Origin: Gemmatimonadota bacterium
Lineage (GTDB): Bacteria > Gemmatimonadota > Gemmatimonadetes > Palauibacterales > Palauibacteraceae
DNA: 64,000 nucleotides
Reading direction: 5' to 3'
Assembly: GCA_021295785.1 (NCBI GenBank)
Contig: JAGWBR010000004.1
Coordinates: 5,889 to 69,888, forward strand
Below, piece after piece: positions 60,058 through 64,000 of the stretch; position 1 is the stretch's first letter, and the number at the start of each line of letters is the position of its first letter. The notes under the pieces were generated by a model. That model did not search any database, was not told the origin of the DNA, and was given only the letters and a program-made list of their open reading frames with translations. A program made the translations under genes and the position numbers.

Positions 60058-61308
60058 GTGACCGATTCCCGGCAGCCCCTCCGGGTTGCGCACATGGTAA
60101 CCGCGTTCCCCAGACACGACGGCGACGTCATCACACCCTGGCTCGGAGAACTGCTCCTGGCCCAGGCGGAGCGCGGCATCCGGGTATCGGTGTGGGCACC
60201 TGCCTACAAGGGCGGCGGCGACGGACGCTGGCGCGGCATCCCGGTGCGGCGTTTCAGGTATGCGCCGGCAGCGTGGGAAACCCTCACCCACGACGAGACC
60301 GCACCGGACCGGTTGAGGAGCAAACCCTGGTATGCCGTCCTGCTGCCGGGGTTCGCGCTGGGCGGGCTCGTTGCCGCGTGGCGGATCGCCCGTGCGGGGG
60401 TGGATGTGGTGCACGTGCACTGGCCCATGCCGAACGGTCTGTTCGGCGCGGCCGCTCGTTGGTTTTCGGGCGGCAAGATCGGCGTTGTGTCCAGCTTCTA
60501 TTCGGTCGAAATCCGGTGGGTGGTTTCCAGGGTCAGGGTTCTGGTGCCGTTTCTCAAATGGACCATCCGGAGCGCGGACATCCTTACCGCCAATTCGTCA
60601 GCCACGGCTGAACAGGCGAGGCGGCTTGGCGCGGCCGGGGTGCGAGTTATCCCCAGTCCGGCGGGAATCCGCATTCCCGGTCCGGCGGAGATCCTGCCCG
60701 GGCACGCCCCTGCCCCCGCCAGACCGAGCCGGGATCGGGATCCCGCCGGACTGGCCGAAATCCTGTTCGTCGGAAGACTGGTCCAGCGGAAGGGAGTCGA
60801 AACTCTGGTACGCGCCGTGGCGAAGTTGGCGCGAAAGCGACCGGTCCGACTGACGGTGGTCGGGGAAGGAAGTTGGCGGCCCAGGATCGAGGCCGCGGTC
60901 GCCGGTGCGGGGGCGGAGAACTCGGTCCGGTTCGCGGGCAGGGTCGGCGAGCGGGAACTGCACGAGGCCTACCGCCGCGCAGATGTATTCGTGTTGCCCG
61001 CGGTCTACGACGACAAGGGCGACACCGAGGGACTCGGCGTGGTGCTGATTGAGGCCCTGTCGCACGAAGTCCCGGTAGTGGGGGCGGACATCGGCGGGAT
61101 CCCGGACATCGTGATCGACGGAGAAACCGGGTGGCTCTTCCCCAGCGGCGACGCGGACCGCCTGGCCGAAGTGATCGAGCTGGTGCTGGACGACCCCGTC
61201 GAGGCCGCTCGCCGCGTCAGCAGGGGAATCAGCCACGCCCGCAAGCGCTTCTCTGCGTCTGGCATCGCCGGGGCGCTGGAATGTTGTTACAGGGACGCCA
61301 TGTGCTAA
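60058..61308 (+). CDS. GT4 (group 1) glycosyltransferase
   Basis: 416 aa with LRVAHMVTAFPRHDGD, FVGRLVQRKG and the EX7E region EGLGVVLIEALSHEVPVVGADIGGIPDIVIDGETGWLF. Confidence 0.85.
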   Translation: MTDSRQPLRVAHMVTAFPRHDGDVITPWLGELLLAQAERGIRVSVWAPAYKGGGDGRWRGIPVRRFRYAPAAWETLTHDETAPDRLRSKPWYAVLLPGFALGGLVAAWRIARAGVDVVHVHWPMPNGLFGAAARWFSGGKIGVVSSFYSVEIRWVVSRVRVLVPFLKWTIRSADILTANSSATAEQARRLGAAGVRVIPSPAGIRIPGPAEILPGHAPAPARPSRDRDPAGLAEILFVGRLVQRKGVETLVRAVAKLARKRPVRLTVVGEGSWRPRIEAAVAGAGAENSVRFAGRVGERELHEAYRRADVFVLPAVYDDKGDTEGLGVVLIEALSHEVPVVGADIGGIPDIVIDGETGWLFPSGDADRLAEVIELVLDDPVEAARRVSRGISHARKRFSASGIAGALECCYRDAMC

Positions 61309-61377
61309 TTTCCCAAATTGCTCAGTAGTCAGCAATGGATTTCAGTCTAAAGCTGTCCCGAAGTCAAGGAGGCCGTG

Positions 61378-64000
61378 ATGTCTGTTGTGAGATTCAGTGA
61401 TTCGCGACGCCTGTCTGGTTGGCTGGCGCTTCTTTCCCTTACTTCCCTTGCCGCGGCGTGCGGAGGCGATGGTGGCACGGAGCCGCCCCCCCCTCCGCCC
61501 GGCACGCCAGTCGTCACCACCGTTGAAGTGCGCCCCGAGGCGTCCGAGGTGGTAGTGGGCCAGACCGTCACCCTGACGGCAGTGGTGCGCGACCAGGACG
61601 GCGACCTGATGACCGGTCAGACCGTCACCTGGAACAGCAGCGATCCCGGAGTGGTGTCGGTGAGTGCAACGGGACTGGCCAGGGGAGAGGGCCAGGGGAC
61701 TGCCTCTGTTTCTGCCTCGGTCGCGGGCATTTCGGGATCCGCCTCCTTCACGGTCGCGGGCAACCCCGACCGAAACGCCCTGGAAGCGTTCTACTACGCG
61801 CTGGGGGGCGACGGATGGGACAACAACCAGAACTGGCTCTCAAGCGAGGCGCTGGCACAGTGGTTTGGGGTGCAGGCCCTGGGCGTGCGGGTCGAGGGGA
61901 TTCTCCTCTCGGACAACGGGCTCACGGGCCGGATCCCGCCTGAAATCGGACAGCTGGATGCCATCCGTAGCCTGCGCCTGAACAACAACGCCATCGGCGG
62001 TTCGCTGCCCGACGAGTTCGGAGACCTGGCGGTGGCCAGGACCATCGATCTTTCGGGCAACAACATCGACGGCCCCCTGCCGACTTCCGTTGCGAATTTG
62101 GGGGAATTGGACATTCTCCTGGTGACAGGCAACAACGACCTTTGCCTGAGGGGGACCTCGCCAGTTCGGGCCTGGTCGGTGTCCGTGCTGGATTCCACCG
62201 ATGCCGTGTTCTGCAACGAGCTCGACCGCGACGCCCTCGGCGCGGTGTACCGCCAGGCGAACGGGTCGAGCTGGACGGACGACTCGGGCTGGCTGGTTGA
62301 ATTCACGGGTGTCGGCGACTGGACGGGAATCACTGCTGACGATGTGGGGCTGGTCACGGGGATCGATCTGAGCGGGAACGGACTGTCGGGCGGGTTGGCT
62401 GCGGAGATCGGCCGTCTCGGCAACCTGACCTCGCTGGACCTCTCGGGTAATCCCGACCTGGCGGGCGCACTCCCGGTCACGCTCGCAAAACTCAGTCTGG
62501 ACGCCCTGGACTATTCGGGCACGGACCTTTGTGTGCCCGACAGCGACGATTTCAGGGACTGGCTGGAGGGCGTCGAGAGCGTGAGCGGACCCGGCGATAC
62601 ATGCGTGCCGCGTTCCGACCGGGAAGTGCTCGGCGACTTCTACGACGCGATGGGCGGCAACGTCTGGTTCCAGTCAAACGGGTGGAACACGGACGCTCCT
62701 CTTGACGAGTGGGCGGGAGTCTCCGCAAACAGCGAGGGCCGGGCAACTGGCCTGGAGCTGCAAAACAACAACCTCCAGGGCGACCTGACCAGCGTGGTTT
62801 CCGAGTTGACCGAACTGGAGGTGTTGAACCTCCGGAACAACGGGATCGGTGGTACAATTCCCGCGGCGCTGGGCACCATGGCCAACCTTCGGGTTTTGCG
62901 CCTCGACAACACCTCGTTGGGTGGGCGCATCCCGCCGGAACTGGGTGATTTGCAGTCCGTGGTTCGACTGGACCTGGACGAGACGGATATCATGGGTGCC
63001 ATTCCGCCGGAGATTGGCAACATCTCGAACCTTGAGCGGCTGAACCTGACCGATACCGGGATCAAAGGGCCGCTGCCGGCGGAACTGGGGAACTTGTCGG
63101 AGCTTCGCCGCCTTGAGGTCGGTTCGGCAAACGTGGGTGGAATTCTGCCGGAGGGGTGGGGGTCACTGTCCAGGCTGGAGTACCTGGATCTGGGCGACAA
63201 TTTGCTGGTCGGATCGATGCCCGACGACTGGTCGGGGATGACGAGCCTCGAATTGCTGCGCCTGGAGAACAACAACCTGTCAGGAGGTATCTCGCCCGTC
63301 GGGTCGATGTCGCAGCTGGAGCACCTCTCTCTCTATAACAACAACTTTGAGGGCGAGCTGCCGGCAGAGGTCGGCCAGTTCAGCAACCTGCGGGTGTTGG
63401 ATGTGGAGCGTAATGAACTGACGGGTTCAATCCCCGACCTGAGCGGCACGAACCTGCAGATCCTGTGGCTTTCGGACAACGATTTTTCGGGCGAATTGCC
63501 TTCCGGTTTCGGGCAGCTTACCAGCTTGACCGAGGCCTACATTTACAACTTGCCGCATCTGGAGGGCGGGATCCCCGATGATTTCGGAGGCTCCGGCCAA
63601 CTCCACATACTGATTCTGTCGGGTAACCCGGGGCTTTCGGGCGCGGTGCCCGAGTCGATGGCCAACCTGACCGCCCTGGTGCGGATCGACGCCAACAACA
63701 CGCCGATTTGCGTGCCGCCCGACAACCAGGTTCTGTTCGACTGGGTTACCGACATTTACCTGAGACGATTGGCGACCTGTGGCACTGATGGTTCCAGGGC
63801 CTACCTGGTGCAGGCGGTCCAGAACCTCGAGCATCCGGTACCCCTGGTGGCAGACCGCAGCGCCCTGCTGCGGGTGTTCGTGATCAGCGAAAATGAGACT
63901 TCCGAGGGGCTGCCCCCCGTAGTCGCCCGTTTCCATGATGGTGATACCGAAGTGCACACGGTCGAGGTGGGGGCGCAGTCCACGGCCATCCCGACCGAGA
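61378..64000 (+). CDS. lipoprotein with Big_2 domain and three blocks of plant-type leucine-rich repeats (5' partial; continues beyond window end)
   Basis: Not in the ORF track because it has no in-window stop. AAGGAGG at 61366-61372 precedes ATG 61378. My translation gives MSVVRFSDSRRLSGWLALLSLTSLAAAC|GG (lipobox), poly-Pro, then a Big_2 domain (VTLTAVVRDQDGDLMTGQTVTWNSSDPGVVSVSATG). About 20 LRRs of the LxxLxLxxNxLxGxIPxxLG type follow. The frame is open to base 64000. Confidence 0.8.
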   Translation, partial: MSVVRFSDSRRLSGWLALLSLTSLAAACGGDGGTEPPPPPPGTPVVTTVEVRPEASEVVVGQTVTLTAVVRDQDGDLMTGQTVTWNSSDPGVVSVSATGLARGEGQGTASVSASVAGISGSASFTVAGNPDRNALEAFYYALGGDGWDNNQNWLSSEALAQWFGVQALGVRVEGILLSDNGLTGRIPPEIGQLDAIRSLRLNNNAIGGSLPDEFGDLAVARTIDLSGNNIDGPLPTSVANLGELDILLVTGNNDLCLRGTSPVRAWSVSVLDSTDAVFCNELDRDALGAVYRQANGSSWTDDSGWLVEFTGVGDWTGITADDVGLVTGIDLSGNGLSGGLAAEIGRLGNLTSLDLSGNPDLAGALPVTLAKLSLDALDYSGTDLCVPDSDDFRDWLEGVESVSGPGDTCVPRSDREVLGDFYDAMGGNVWFQSNGWNTDAPLDEWAGVSANSEGRATGLELQNNNLQGDLTSVVSELTELEVLNLRNNGIGGTIPAALGTMANLRVLRLDNTSLGGRIPPELGDLQSVVRLDLDETDIMGAIPPEIGNISNLERLNLTDTGIKGPLPAELGNLSELRRLEVGSANVGGILPEGWGSLSRLEYLDLGDNLLVGSMPDDWSGMTSLELLRLENNNLSGGISPVGSMSQLEHLSLYNNNFEGELPAEVGQFSNLRVLDVERNELTGSIPDLSGTNLQILWLSDNDFSGELPSGFGQLTSLTEAYIYNLPHLEGGIPDDFGGSGQLHILILSGNPGLSGAVPESMANLTALVRIDANNTPICVPPDNQVLFDWVTDIYLRRLATCGTDGSRAYLVQAVQNLEHPVPLVADRSALLRVFVISENETSEGLPPVVARFHDGDTEVHTVEVGAQSTAIPTE

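Overview
High-GC (roughly two-thirds G+C by eye) chromosomal segment from a diderm bacterium. A TonB-dependent receptor, many lipoproteins and sortilin/BNR-type giant exoproteins suggest a marine Gemmatimonadota-like organism, but this is a guess with no search behind it. I call 45 protein genes (two run off the window ends and are missing from the ORF track), 4 tRNAs, a few weak hairpins and one intragenic duplication. All functions come from motif recognition by eye, not database hits. I found no rRNA, CRISPR, transposase, integrase, prophage or recognisable defence system, and most long alternative-frame ORFs are R/G/P-rich shadows of real genes. Content is mostly housekeeping (rho, mdh, class I fba, ligA, tRNAs) mixed with accessory metabolism. 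The strongest candidate for an undescribed system is a translationally coupled minus-strand operon (29.7-37.6 kb). It joins two PYROXD2-like flavoproteins, a GcvT-like folate protein and an M20 deacylase to a nucleoside phosphorylase/deaminase pair, possibly forming a split oxidative N-demethylase. Other points of interest:
- A four-gene overlapping base-excision-repair operon (HAD-UDG-LigA-PolX) whose PolX appears to lack all three polymerase catalytic aspartates.
- A SusC/D-less beta-glucan (laminarin-type) locus, including a glycosidase fused to a large beta-rich C-terminal domain.
- A YfhO/flippase-like/GT2/GT4 envelope glycosylation cluster.
- A plant-type LRR lipoprotein.
- A Rho factor with an Arg-rich N-terminus.
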